A stretch of DNA of 61,486 nt, filler included. It is 14 parts of 14 records of this genome, joined end to end, with 100 filler letters (N's around TTAATTAATTAA, not from the genome) between each part and the next. Parts side by side here need not be neighbours in the genome. Positions count along the whole stretch, not along the records: positions 35,766 to 40,869 come from SRR15195285_12953; positions 40,970 to 44,150 come from SRR15195285_12967; positions 44,251 to 47,767 come from SRR15195285_12970; 11 more parts are not named here. One strand, 5' to 3'. Below, in pieces: positions 36,086-47,867 of the stretch. The notes under the pieces are model-generated. The model was not told where the DNA came from. It ran no database searches and worked only from the letters and a program-made list of their open reading frames with translations. Positions within the stretch are counted from its first letter, which is position 1; each line of letters starts with the position of its first letter. The position numbers and the translations under genes were made by a program.

Positions 36086-37510
36086 ATGCCGCAGGGCGGT
36101 GGCTCTGCCTGAGGCACGACGGGGCGGCCGCTCGATGATGATGATCATCATCGAGCGGCCGCCCCGCTCCCCGGCGCACTGCCGGTGGTGAGTTCGGGCG
36201 CGGCGCCGCAGGACGATTTCGTCACGGCGTTCCTGGCTGGGCAAGGGCAGGGTCAGCAGGAGGCTGCCTTGAGTGCTGCGCGAAGTGGTCTGCCAGCCCG
36301 TGCGCGCGGTTGGGGCGTCGCCGAGGTGAAGAGCTACCTGCTCAGCGTTGGCCTGGACGACGTCGCAGCAGCGTTCGAAACCGAACAGGTCAACGGCGAG
36401 CTGCTGCTCGATCTATCGCGCGAGGGTGGCCTTGGGCATGCATACACGGACGCCATCAGCCCAGACAGGTTCGCGAACCTCGCAGACGGCGCACTGACAC
36501 TGGGCCGCGAGCTTGCCCTGCGTCGCGCGGTAGAGTCGCTTGGGGGCGGCAGTCGCACACCGGCGCCACTGCCACGGCGAGGCAGCGACAGCAGCGAGGC
36601 GAGCGCGGGCGCTGGCGTGCAGTCGGTGGTCACTCGGGCGGCGTGGCGGTTCATAGCCGCCAGTCCGACGGCCAGCGCTCGCCGACGCGCCGGAGCGTCG
36701 GGAGTCACGCCGACCCGAACACGCAAAGGCAACCTCTCAGCCGCTCAGGTGAAGGGGCGGAAGCGCAGCGCCGGAGGCTTTGCCGCCACGTTCATTGGGA
36801 TCGAGGCGGTAATTGTCCTCACGGGGAGCGACTCCGCCTGGATTCACCTGGTATCAATGCTACCCGGCATGCTGATGACGCTGGCGGGAGTGACCGCGTT
36901 CTTCCAAACCTGAGTCATCACTGCGTCTGCTGGGGCTGGGCGGGTGACGCGCAATCCATCGACAGGCGAGGACGAGGTGAAGGGCGCATGACCCGCACAG
37001 CAGGCGATGCTTGGGTCCGGAGCGAAGAAGCTCTTGCACTCAGAGCCCGAGTCCTTCATCGGCGATACCACCAACCCCACAGGTCGGATAGCAGGCAACA
37101 TTCTCACCGGCAAGTTTGGCGAGGACGAAATGCTAGCGGCGCCTGAAATCGAGGACGTGGCTCTGCAGCAGCGCATGATGCGCCGTGGCAAGCGCGTGAT
37201 GCTTCTCATTTGTGTGCTCGTGATGGCGATCTGCACTGGGACTTTCTGGCTGTTTGGCGTGGTAGTTGCAGGAACAAGAAGCAGCATGTGTGGCAGCATC
37301 GGCCAGCTCAGCGCTCCCGACTGCAAGAAGGTCAGCTGGGAGTTCGTCGTCGGATCGATCTCTCTGGGCATTGTGCTGTCCGCAGTCATTGGCATGACCT
37401 GCGGCGTCCTCTTCCAAATGCCTGCCTCTGCCAAAAAAAGACGCAATCTTCGCGAGCAGCGGCGTCAGGCAGCTGGTGGCGATGCGGCAAACACAATCGG
37501 GGAGCCATAG
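36086..37510 (+). CDS. SAM-domain multi-pass membrane protein; frame interrupted by three TGA codons (introns, readthrough or pseudogene)
   Basis: SAM motif WGVAEVKSYLLSVGLDDVAAAFETEQVNGELLLDL...LTLGRELALRRAV and about 4 hydrophobic helices. ATG 36086, ORF 36185-36913 and ORF 37007-37510 share one frame; TGAs at 36110, 36911 and 36989. Confidence 0.6.
36120..36166. repeat. Near-perfect palindrome, 23-bp arms with 1-nt centre
   Basis: cggggcggccgctcgatgatgat-g-atcatcatcgagcggccgccccg; the arms are exact reverse complements. Confidence 0.95.
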
Positions 37511-37718
37511 ATTTGGTATAGGTGCCTCCATTGTAGAATCACGAAGTTGGGCGTCCAGTGACGCCGCCGGTCGGAAGCGTTAAACTCTTGGAGTCTAGCG
37601 CAGTAGGATCGGCGGCTGAGGCGTTACAATCAATGCCCAACAATAACTACTACCGTATCATCCCTGTACAGTGCGACACCATACCTGCCCGCCGCGGTCG
37701 CTGCCCTCGCCGCCCCAT

Positions 37719-40700
37719 CTACTGCTCGAGTTCCACCGGTAGTCCAAGTCGTTCCATGATTTCATAGAGGTTTTCGTTTAGCCCTGTATTTCGATCGCGC
37801 CAACCCACACAGCAAGACCCCCCTCTCAACAAGAACCTAGCAAGCATTTTAAGCAGTACAGCATGCGCACCGATGCGGCCAGCGCTACGCATGCCCAGGT
37901 CATCGCGGGCACGATCACAAACCGTGTTCGGCGAACGGTTCATTCCTTGATCGAGGCCCAAGTTGGCAATTATCTCATCGACCATCTCATAAATCTTTTT
38001 GCGGCGCGGCGCAGGTGCCCATGACACCTGATACACCACGATCGCCACGAGTAAGAGTACATTACTTGAGGGTTGACAAAGTGTGGTTACTGGCCTGCGA
38101 GCTGTGAGCGCAGCACACGCTGGACGTATTGGAATTAGCCGCACCGCACGCCGATTGCCTTCCGGCGTGCCTTCCGGCGGCGGGCGGCGGGATCTGCGGG
38201 AAGGCGACGGAGACCCGCCACCTCCAGTGGGACGAGGAGGTGCCGCACGGGCCCGCATTGTGGCGATGACGCTGTCAGAATCGCCAGCTTCGAGATCGAC
38301 CAGTTCAAACGACTCAAGAAAGCGCTCATAATCGATCATCGGTGTCCGCTACGGGTGTAACATCACACTGTACTTGTAAGCCAGCACACGATCATGCGAC
38401 TGTCAGCAGACTCTAATGATAGGAGGTCGCGCACCCGTCGGCCCTCCCGCAAAGCTGCCTCCGCACGGCGTCCAGCATGATCGACCAGAGCCTCGAGTTG
38501 CGCCCGTTTGAGTGGCGAGCTCAGTACAAGGTTGACGTGGCGCAAACCCGCTCTGAACTCTTCCACAGTGACCACACCGTCCATGTCGGGGTCCCCGTCA
38601 GCCCACGTCCGGCGCAGGATCGCTCGATTGTTGTAGATGAAACCAGCTACGCCTTGGACGATCGCATTCGAAAACTGCCGTCGCAGACCGTCGATGTTGG
38701 CGCCAGCGTCGCTACCAGTCGTTTCCTCCGCAGAAACAAACGCCTCACAGAACTCCCAGATCGTGATTCGACCATTCCCGTCGGCGTCAACCACCCCTGC
38801 CAGCTCTTCCAGCTGGCTCTCCGATACAGTGCCGCTGCCGTCTGGTCCGCGGTCAACAGTGCCGATCGCATCGCAAAACTCACTATGCGAGAGATAACCT
38901 GCCACACCCATATTATTCGTGTGAAGTCAGACATCCAAGCTCTCGCTGCTGAAACAACGCAGACAGTGATGCTTGGGGCGCACCATGACCTGTATCGAAC
39001 TGCTCGAAAACGTCAACAACACTCGCACCACCCGCGATCGCTCGCCCGATGCGGTGCAGCAGCGGGCGCACCCAATGGGCCTGGTCGGGGGTCAGGTCGT
39101 CGCACAGCGGGTGTCCACCAGTCGCTGAGACGTAGACTATATGCAACCGCTCAATGAATTTCTTTAGGTCTACTCCAGAAGTGGATCGCCGCACTCCCAC
39201 TGTCGAAGAGCTGTCGATTTCATGCAACAGTTCTGCGGCCTGAGCGGTGGTGATTTCAACATCTGCGCCGCAATCTTGGCAAGCCTGTTTGAAGGTGGCA
39301 GCCGTGACGCGACCGCTGCTGCGAGGGTCGAGCAAAAAATAGGTGTCGCGTAGTGATAGGCCCTGCCCAACGATGGCCTCGTACAGTGCACGAACAACAT
39401 CGTGCTGCCAGCCCTGTAACACCGACAAAACCTTTCAGAATCCTTTTTGAACTCCCTGTAAATTTAGAGAAATGCGCAGGCGCACCGACTCAGAAGCGTC
39501 CTGTACGAGAACGTAGCGCTGGAGGAAGCGGCGGTAGTCGATAGACCGACCGTCTGGCTCAAGAGTCACCAGCTTCGGTTCTGAAGATTGTTTGATAGCA
39601 AGCGGACCAAGGCACGCTGTGTTCTCAGCGTCTGCACAAACGAGAGAGCTGTCGTGACACGGCATGGCAAGCGAGTGATGGGACGCGATGATTCGCACGG
39701 TACTGCACAAGCGGAATCGCGGTGAGGCTCAATACGGCGGTAAGGCCCTCTCGCCACACCTGCGACACCAGAACCTCAGTCTCATCTGTATGAAATGCTT
39801 ACAGGCATGCCTGACGGACCACGCACCGCCGGTGAGATCAATCCGGTGTTGCGCCGGTCCTTCCGCTCGAAATAATACTGTAAGTCACCGCGAGACTCCA
39901 CGATCCACTCGCGAAGACGGTCAATGATTACTTTATCCATACCGTCAGATTGTTGACGCGAGAGTTCCGACGCGCTGGCCTGGCGGCTCAGCCTTCCACC
40001 TTCTGAGCGTCTGGGCTCCTCGTCGCCCTGGGATCGATGCAGTCTGGCCTGAACTGCTAGGGAAGGAGCTTCGTATTCGTCTATTTCGAACTCCAGATCG
40101 TGGTCAAAAACCATCACCGAACCACGATTGCCGTTGTGTCCACAGTAGTTGCTGGCAGAGAAAATCGTGTACGTCTTGCCGCCGTGGTGCCTGCGGTTGG
40201 CATGACATACCAACGCAGGTGTGACGCCAGCAGCGAGACAAAGTAGATAGTGACACCAGGAGCGAGACAGATAGATAGATGGATAGATGGATAGAATACA
40301 CAGCAGGAGCACAGACAAAGGGCGCGGATACACACTCCATATAACCAGATCTCCCTGGTGGCAACTCGTGGCTTCGAACAAGCAATCGGCAACCGGAGTT
40401 GCGCAAGAATCTTGCCACGTGGTCGCGCCCATATTTCACCACGCCGTCCCCCCGCTCGCTCCTTGTGATACCATTGCCATCGTGTGGGTCTGACCAGATG
40501 ATGTCTAAAAAGAGCTGATCGTCCAGACTCCTGGACAGACGAACACAGAGTCAGCGACATAGTCAGAGCAGTAGAGACCCAGAGATAGACTTGCCGTTCG
40601 CTGTCCGGCGGTTGGCGACGTGTGTCGAGGTCTCGCAGCATGTCGATGGTGACCGTAGAGTGGCGTGGCGGCCCGCCATGGCAGACAACGACCTGCCCGC

Positions 40701-40827
40701 CTAACACCGCCATCACAGGCCAGAGGTTGAAGATCTCTTGGAACAGTTGGAAGATTTTTCCATTGTACTTGCTGCAGACCTCCCTCGTGAAGCCACCGCA
40801 TCCATCATCTGAGTTCATGGATTCCGC
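37719..40827 (-). CDS. PPEF/RdgC-like (PPP family) Ser/Thr phosphatase with C-terminal EF-hands; 5'-partial, multi-intron
   Basis: PPP motifs VCHGG, DIIWSDP, LVRSHE, TIFSASNYCG and NRGSV, followed by EF-hands (DADGNGRITIWEF, DPDMDGVVTVEEF, IDYERF). Several GT-AG introns and one GC-AG intron (40531-40594). Confidence 0.85.
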
Positions 40828-41357
40828 CTGTGCAGAGTTGCAGGTACACAGTAAGAGAGAGAGAGAGAGNNNNNNNNNNNNNNNNNNNNNNNNNNNNNNN
40901 NNNNNNNNNNNNNTTAATTAATTAANNNNNNNNNNNNNNNNNNNNNNNNNNNNNNNNNNNNNNNNNNNNTTTGATTTGATGGTGACCGGACAATTGTGAC
41001 CGTAATACACCGATGATTCACTGTCTGAGTACGATAGCGCGCGAGCCAGCGCGAATGCTTCTGGACCACACACGCGACCGCGCGCGAACAAGCAACCGCC
41101 GCGGCGCCGGTGCCAGTCAGCGAGCACCGGTGGCGGGCTGTGCGGGAGCGCAGGCGGCGCGCGATGCCTGTCTGCCCTGTCGCTATGCCGGTCCCTGTCC
41201 GTCTCTCTCTTTCCCTGCCATCCCCAGCGTGCTTGTCGCTGTGCCGCGCTTTTGCGTCCACTAGCTAGCCCTCGCAACACTGCAACGCAGGCCGCCCACG
41301 CACGCACGTGCCTCGCAGGTACAGCTCTAGCGCTACCACACCGCCATCGCCCACCGG

Positions 41358-41412
41358 TTGTACCACGGTTGTACCACGCACTGCGCTGGCTGTACCACGC
41401 ACTGCGCTGGCT
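41358..41412. repeat. Short tandem repeat upstream of ABC1 kinase (21-nt unit x2 plus partial copy)
   Basis: ttgtaccacg-gt-tgtaccacgcactgcgctggc-tgtaccacgcactgcgctggct. Confidence 0.75.
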
Positions 41413-41486
41413 CTCGCGGGCGATGACAGAGACATAGAGAGACATGCGGTGACGGCCGTTTTGTGACGGAGAACTACGCGGTGGGA

Positions 41487-43402
41487 ATGGGCGCGGCCGA
41501 GGCGTGGGTAGGTGGGCTCGGGCTGGGGCTCGGTGCGGTGGTGGGGGTGCCGGCGCTGCTCGTGGCGGCACCGCCGGGGAAGATGCGCGTGGTGCGCTCG
41601 CTCGGGCGTGGTCTCGTGCTGTCCGGATCGGTCGCCGTCGGCACACTAGGCTCGGCGGCCGTCTACTCGCGCAACGCCGACGCTGATTACGCCGCGCTAG
41701 CGGAGCACGGCCTGCCGCTCACTTACGAGCCCGCGGAGATCTCTTCGTTCTGGTCTCAGCATCCCGACATCGTGCTGCATCGGGTGGGCGTCATCGGCAG
41801 CAAGGTGCTGCCTTTTGCCGCCCAGGTCGCGTGGGACGTTGTCTCTGTTGGTGAAAATCAGCGCGAGACGCGCCAGGCTGTGCGCGCCCGCGGGCTGCGA
41901 GAGCTGCTGACCGAACTAGGACCTACGTTCATCAAGTTCGGCCAGATGCTCAGCATTCGTCCCGACGTACTGCCTCAGCCGGTGATCACGGAGCTGCAGA
42001 AGCTCTGCGACGCTGTGCCTTCCTACCCGACGCCACGTGCGCTGGAGCTCATCGAAGCCGAGCTCGGAAGGCCAGTCAGCGAGCTGTTCGTCGACCTGGA
42101 CGCCAGCACCGCACCCATTGCCGCAGCCTCGCTTGGACAAGTGTACCGCTGCCGCCTGCGCCTCACAGGCGAGCAGGTCGCGCTCAAAGTGCAGCGTCCG
42201 GACATGCTGAAAGCTGTCTCACTCGACCTCTACCTGCTCCGCAAATACATGGTTGCTGTGGAGTTGTTCAAAGAGCAGATTCTGACCGGTGTGTTCGGGG
42301 CAGCGGATCGGTCTGCGTTCGACGTTCGGCTGCTGGACACCTTCGCGAATGCATCTTACCGCGAGCTCGACTATGTACACGAGGGCGCAAACCAGGACCG
42401 GATGGCAGCCGCGCTGCATGGTTCACCGGTGTATGTGCCCAAGGTGTACTGGGAGTTCACAAGGCGGAAGGTCATCGCAACGAAGTGGATCGACGGTATT
42501 CAGCTCGCGAAGTCACCTCCACCAGTAATCCGCAAGCTGGTACCGGCAGGCGTAGACTGTTTTCTCGCGCAGCTCCTCAAGCACGGGTTCTTTCACTCAG
42601 ACCCTCACCCTGGCAATATGCTAGTCGACGGTGATGGCAGGCTGGTCTTGATCGACTTCGGACTGTGTGCGGAGGTGGACAAAATGGACAGCACAGCGAT
42701 GACGAAGGCGCTCGTAGACCTGATGCGCGGGTGTGCACCACACCATCTCATCTATTTTTGGTTGCCTGCAGCCTCTAAGCTGTATCTGGGTGCGGCAGAG
42801 ATGTTCCTGGTCTACTCGAGGACGCGATCGCTTTGCGGTTTTTGCCGCCTGACGTCGACCGCAAAGCACTCCTGCCTGCGCTCGAGTGCATCTTTGCAAA
42901 GGGTGCTTTGGCTGCGGTGCGTGTTGCCATCCTATCATTTCACGTTCCCACCTACCTAGAGGTAGTTTCCCAGTTGAGCAAATGTGATTGCGTGGAGCTT
43001 GGGACAGCGGGCTGAAACTCTGTCCGTTTGAATGCCGATCAGGACGCCGTCGCGCGGGAGGAAGGGGAGCTTCGTGCAACAGGAAATCCGGATGTTCGGT
43101 CAATATCGATGGCCAAGCGTCGAGCACAGTTCGGTGAAGTGTCAAAGGACCTTAACAGCATATTCTATGAGTTTCCCTTCACTGTGCCGGAGTACTTCGC
43201 GCTGATTACCCGTGCACTCATCGTCCTCGAAGGCATAGCTATAACGGGTGATCGTGACTTCGACATCTTTCGGGCTAGCTATCCATACGCAGCGAAGCAT
43301 GCGGCACAGCTGTTCGGGGTCAAGGAGCTTACGTCCATGCTCCAAACGGCTGCCGAGAGAAAAGGCTCTGACGCTCTACTAAAGCTGATCGCAGGTCTGT
43401 GA
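41487..43402 (+). CDS. ABC1/UbiB-family atypical protein kinase; 2 introns
   Basis: LGPTFIKFGQMLSIRPD, PIAAASLGQVY, VALKVQRP, ELDY..EG.N, FFHSDPHPGN, IDFGL, PFTVPEYFALITRALIVLEGIA. Introns 42731-42798 and 42917-43042. Alternative start at 41583. Confidence 0.92.
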
Positions 43403-44427
43403 CGCGCTGATTTGACTTGTACGTGCAGCTCGGCGTGTAGTTACGATTTCACGGGCCCCATCGTGTTCGTTCACGACGCGTCAAGAATCGGCGATCGCGA
43501 TGATGATCTCAACCAGCGTGACCAACTGATGGCTGAGGCGTTGCGAGGATCGTACCCCGGCGAGGGGCAGGCTCGGTTTTCAATTTCATAATCACAAATG
43601 AATCCCCTCGGGTGGCATCATCCCCAGCGCAGTGCGCCGGTCGCGCCGCAACACAGCATGCACCCCAACCAGGTCATTCATGACCCCGCGTACACACTTT
43701 TGAAATGCTACAGTACTGGTATCTAGCTAGGATACTACTATACCAAGGTAGTACCGGTTATACTAAATCTACAGTAGTGCACATGCACGCGCCGTCCCGC
43801 GCGCGCGACTGCATGCATGTCATACTAGATCTATGAATATAGTACAGAATACATGTGGGGCGTGTATACTGCCTGTATACCATTCGTACCTACTAGTAGC
43901 TAGCTACCTACTAGAGCGTGCGCGTGCGCGTGTACACTTCTACACTACACGGCTGTACAGCCGCACTATTATATCATAGTATCGTAGTGCTACCGGATGT
44001 GCCGAACTTGTATCGATTCAGTCGATTGTACGGTACAATTCAGCGTTGGATTGCTGCCCGTCTCTAGTTTCTGTACAGCTGTACATGTAGGTGCATCGTA
44101 CCCCGTACCATACTTGATACTACCTGCTCCGGATAACATTAATGCATAATNNNNNNNNNNNNNNNNNNNNNNNNNNNNNNNNNNNNNNNNNNNNTTAATT
44201 AATTAANNNNNNNNNNNNNNNNNNNNNNNNNNNNNNNNNNNNNNNNNNNNACTCACGATTCTTCAGGGTTCGTGCGGTAACGCATGCATGCCCAGATGCC
44301 CACGCCGCGGTCCGCCGCGCGCCGGGTGCGTCCGACGCCGGACGCGGCCGGATCGCGGGGCGCGCGCGTGCCGGCGGGCGTACACACGACCGCGGGCGAA
44401 CGCACACGGCACATCGTGGCGGGGGAA

Positions 44428-47400
44428 ATGACCGGCGCTCAGATCAGCGCAGAGGACCTGGTATCGGCGCTACCAGATGTGACGTCCACGCTGTCCGCGG
44501 CTGCGCTGGACTTTCCAGTTGCCATCATCCGAGACAATTTTGGCATCCCACGTGCGTCGTCCGTGGCTCAACAAACGCACCGCCCGCCGATGCGCAACTC
44601 AGGCTCAGCGGCTGATGCAGTACCGGCCGCTCAGCCTGTTGCCGCTTGCCGGTCGAGCGGAAGCCGCGCCGCGCGTAGACAGATCTTGCTGGCTCATTCT
44701 GCACGTGTGCTGCGGGTCCATTTCTGCAGACATCAAAGCACAGACCGAGCACGATGTCTTTTTCGCCCAGGGTTTCGTCACGGCGCAGGACGTGCGTTTT
44801 CACGAGCCAGCTTCTGGACCCTGCCGGCTGTTCACCGCGCCTTGCGCTTGCTCACTACGAGCGAAGGCTCACCGCGCTCACTTTGCCTGGCATGCCAGCG
44901 GCTGTGGCACATGGATCAAGATCGTCGGCGTGGCCTCGGTCGCTTCGCAGAATGGGTAGGCGCGTCTGGTGTGGCACAAGACAAGCTCATCCGTACACTG
45001 GGCTTGGAGCACGCTGCCAAAGCTGATTACGCAGTCTCTCGTACGTTGCCACGCAAACTCACCCAGGCATGTCACGCTTGCTGAGTCGTGTCCGCCGTGT
45101 TCCAACACCTAGGTGACGACACCAAATCGATGGTGGACGCCCACACTGCCGGAATCAACTTTTTCCTGAAGACGACAAAGACCCTGCCGGTGGAATATAA
45201 AGTGTTGGGAACCGCCCCCCAGCCATGGGAAAGCTGGCACAGCTTTGTTGCGTACAAAATGCGCAACATTTTGATGGGCCATCTGGACATGAAGCTGTGG
45301 AGGGCGCGCGTCGTGATGAAACTCGGGGTGGAGAAAGCCTCCCAGCTGTTCGAAGGATACCCAAATGGCATGCTAGTCACCACCCCATCGGGAGCAGTGC
45401 ACACAATCCCCAATTCACGCCCGTTTGATGAGTTAGCAGAGGTGTGGTCTCAACTCAATCCGCTCTACGAGGTGGATGCTGGAAGCAATGCTTGGGTCGT
45501 GGGTGGTCAATGGACAACCACTGGGCTTCCGCTCGTTGCTGGAGACTCACATCGAGGGCTGGACACTCCTTCAGTGTACTACCAAATCCACATGGTTTGT
45601 GAAGGCCACTGGGCGATTTCTGGCTATGCACTGCCAGGCATTCCGGGAGCGCCACACTTTTCACACACAGAGTGGGTTGGCTTTGGCATGACTCACGGCT
45701 CTGCAGATTATCAAGACGTGTACATGGAAGCGTTTCGAGAATCAGCAGACAGCAATATTGAATACCAGACAGAAGATGGGTGGGTAAAGGCTGCCCGTCG
45801 ATCCGAAACTGTACACGTCAAGGGTGGAGACTCCCACACGTTCGAAGTTGTGACTACTCGTCATGGCCCGATCGTGGAAGGTGACGTAAGAGGTGCAGGC
45901 ATTGGCCTGGCGGCAAAGCTGACAGGAATCGATCCTGCAGGGACGAAGTGGATGGACGCAGTGCTCGACATCATTCGGGCCAGAAGTGCGGATGAACTTG
46001 AGCAGGCAGTGGAGGAGTGGACTGAACCAGTGAACAACTACATGTACGCCGATGTCCACGGTCAGTATGGTTACCGGCTACGAGGAAAAATCCCGATCCG
46101 CACAGATGATGCTGGCAGCTGGGTTCCGGTCGACGGGACGTCAGGTAAGCACCAATGGAAGAAGTTCATCCCACTGGATGAAATGCCGCATGTACGAAAT
46201 CCAGAAGAAGGCTACGCTGTGACATGTAATCAGAAGGTGACAACAGACGACTATCCGTATGTGATAAGTCAGCATTTCGGCTCAGACCATCGCGCACAGC
46301 GAGTAACTGCACGCATTCTCGAAGTGCCACTCGGCAAAATGGACGTGGCAGAGATGGGCAAGATCCACAAGGAGCGTATGTCCATCACAGCAGGGCAGGT
46401 CAAAGCAGCAGTGGCGAGAGTGGGTTCGTCCGCACTGACCTCAGATGGAGAAAATATCGCCTCTATGCTCAAAGGTTGGGATGGAGATATGCAGCCAGAA
46501 CTGACTGCTCCAACAGCTTTTGCAGCTGTGATTCAAGTCTTGACTCAGGAGGTCGTGCCGTCCATATTCGGCCAGCTGGGGCCAGAAATTTTAGGCGGCG
46601 GGCGTGGGGGGCCAGCGCACTGGGGCAACCTTCGTGTGTTGCTGTTTCAAGAGGCCGCTGCAGGGAAAATGGATGGCCCTGTGGCTAAGATGCTCCCGCC
46701 CGCTACCAATTGGGAAACAATGTTCGCACGCGCGGTGAATGGAGCGGCTGAGCTGCTGTTGAGCACACTCGGCGATCCCGAGACCAACGACTGGAGCTGG
46801 GGCACACACCATCGAACGGCTCCAACTCATCCCCTCGCACGCCTAGATCCTTCGCTTGCGCAGGTGCTGAACCCCCCGTCCGTACCAGCTGGTGGAGGAT
46901 TTGACACCCCAAACGCCGCCAGCTACTCGACTTCAGGTGCGTTGCTGGACACCTCCACAGGCTCAAAGTTCTGCTTTCTGATATGCAGATCGAATAGGAG
47001 CGCTGATTGAATGGACCTGACTCGACCTGTACTATACGAACGCTGACGACACGACGTTGTGTTTCTCGCCAGGCGCCCAGGCGTTCGTGGATGGCGAGCA
47101 GCGGCAGGTGCCATACAATGTCACTGGTCTAAGTGTGAACCGGTACATTCACGATCCGTCTGACTGGACGAAATCGCAATGGATTGCACCGTTGGGAGCA
47201 AGTGGCCACCCAGGTAGTCCACACTACGCCGACCAGGTACGGGACCAAGCGCGATCTCGTGCTAGCTGCTGCGCACAACGTGTGCATTACATTGACTCAA
47301 CATTGCGTTTGTTACGTTCGTGCAGGCTGAGTTGTGGTCGCGCGTTGAGACAATTCCGCAACTTTGGGAATGGTCGGACGTCGAGGATGCCGCAGAAACC

Positions 47401-47445
47401 CATCAGCTTTTGCAGCCTGCTAGTACTAGTGCTCCAAAGATGTAG
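44428..47445 (+). CDS. Penicillin acylase / acyl-homoserine-lactone acylase family Ntn hydrolase (peptidase S45); 5 introns
   Basis: IIRDNFGIPHI, FAQGFVTAQDRLWHMD...GRFAEWVG, beta-subunit N-terminal nucleophile G|SNAWVV (Ser at 45484), AGDSHR, TRHGP, NYMYADVHG, TCNQK, GASGHPGSPHYADQ. Introns 44552-44729, 44792-44898, 45041-45112, 46937-47072 and 47237-47325. Confidence 0.92.
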
Positions 47446-47867
47446 CAAGTGCCACGGCCGAGCTGTCCGCCTCGCGCACGCGTCATAGAACTTGCAGAAC
47501 CATCGGAGGCTGGGGCCTGTTCGTCGTTGTCGCTTCGCTGCTCGGCCTTTCAAAAACTGAGCCGTTGCAAGCATGGCACATCAATGGGCCCAATGTGTTC
47601 ACTTGGACCCGCGGGTATCGTGTTGCGCTGTTGTTAGATCTACGGTGTACAGTTCCATGTTGAATGTATACGACAATACGAGTATAGGATCCTACTACTG
47701 TACGGTTGACGATTAGATATAGTTCCTACCAGTAATCTGTCGAAATTACAGATATATCTGGGTCTGTNNNNNNNNNNNNNNNNNNNNNNNNNNNNNNNNN
47801 NNNNNNNNNNNTTAATTAATTAANNNNNNNNNNNNNNNNNNNNNNNNNNNNNNNNNNNNNNNNNNNN

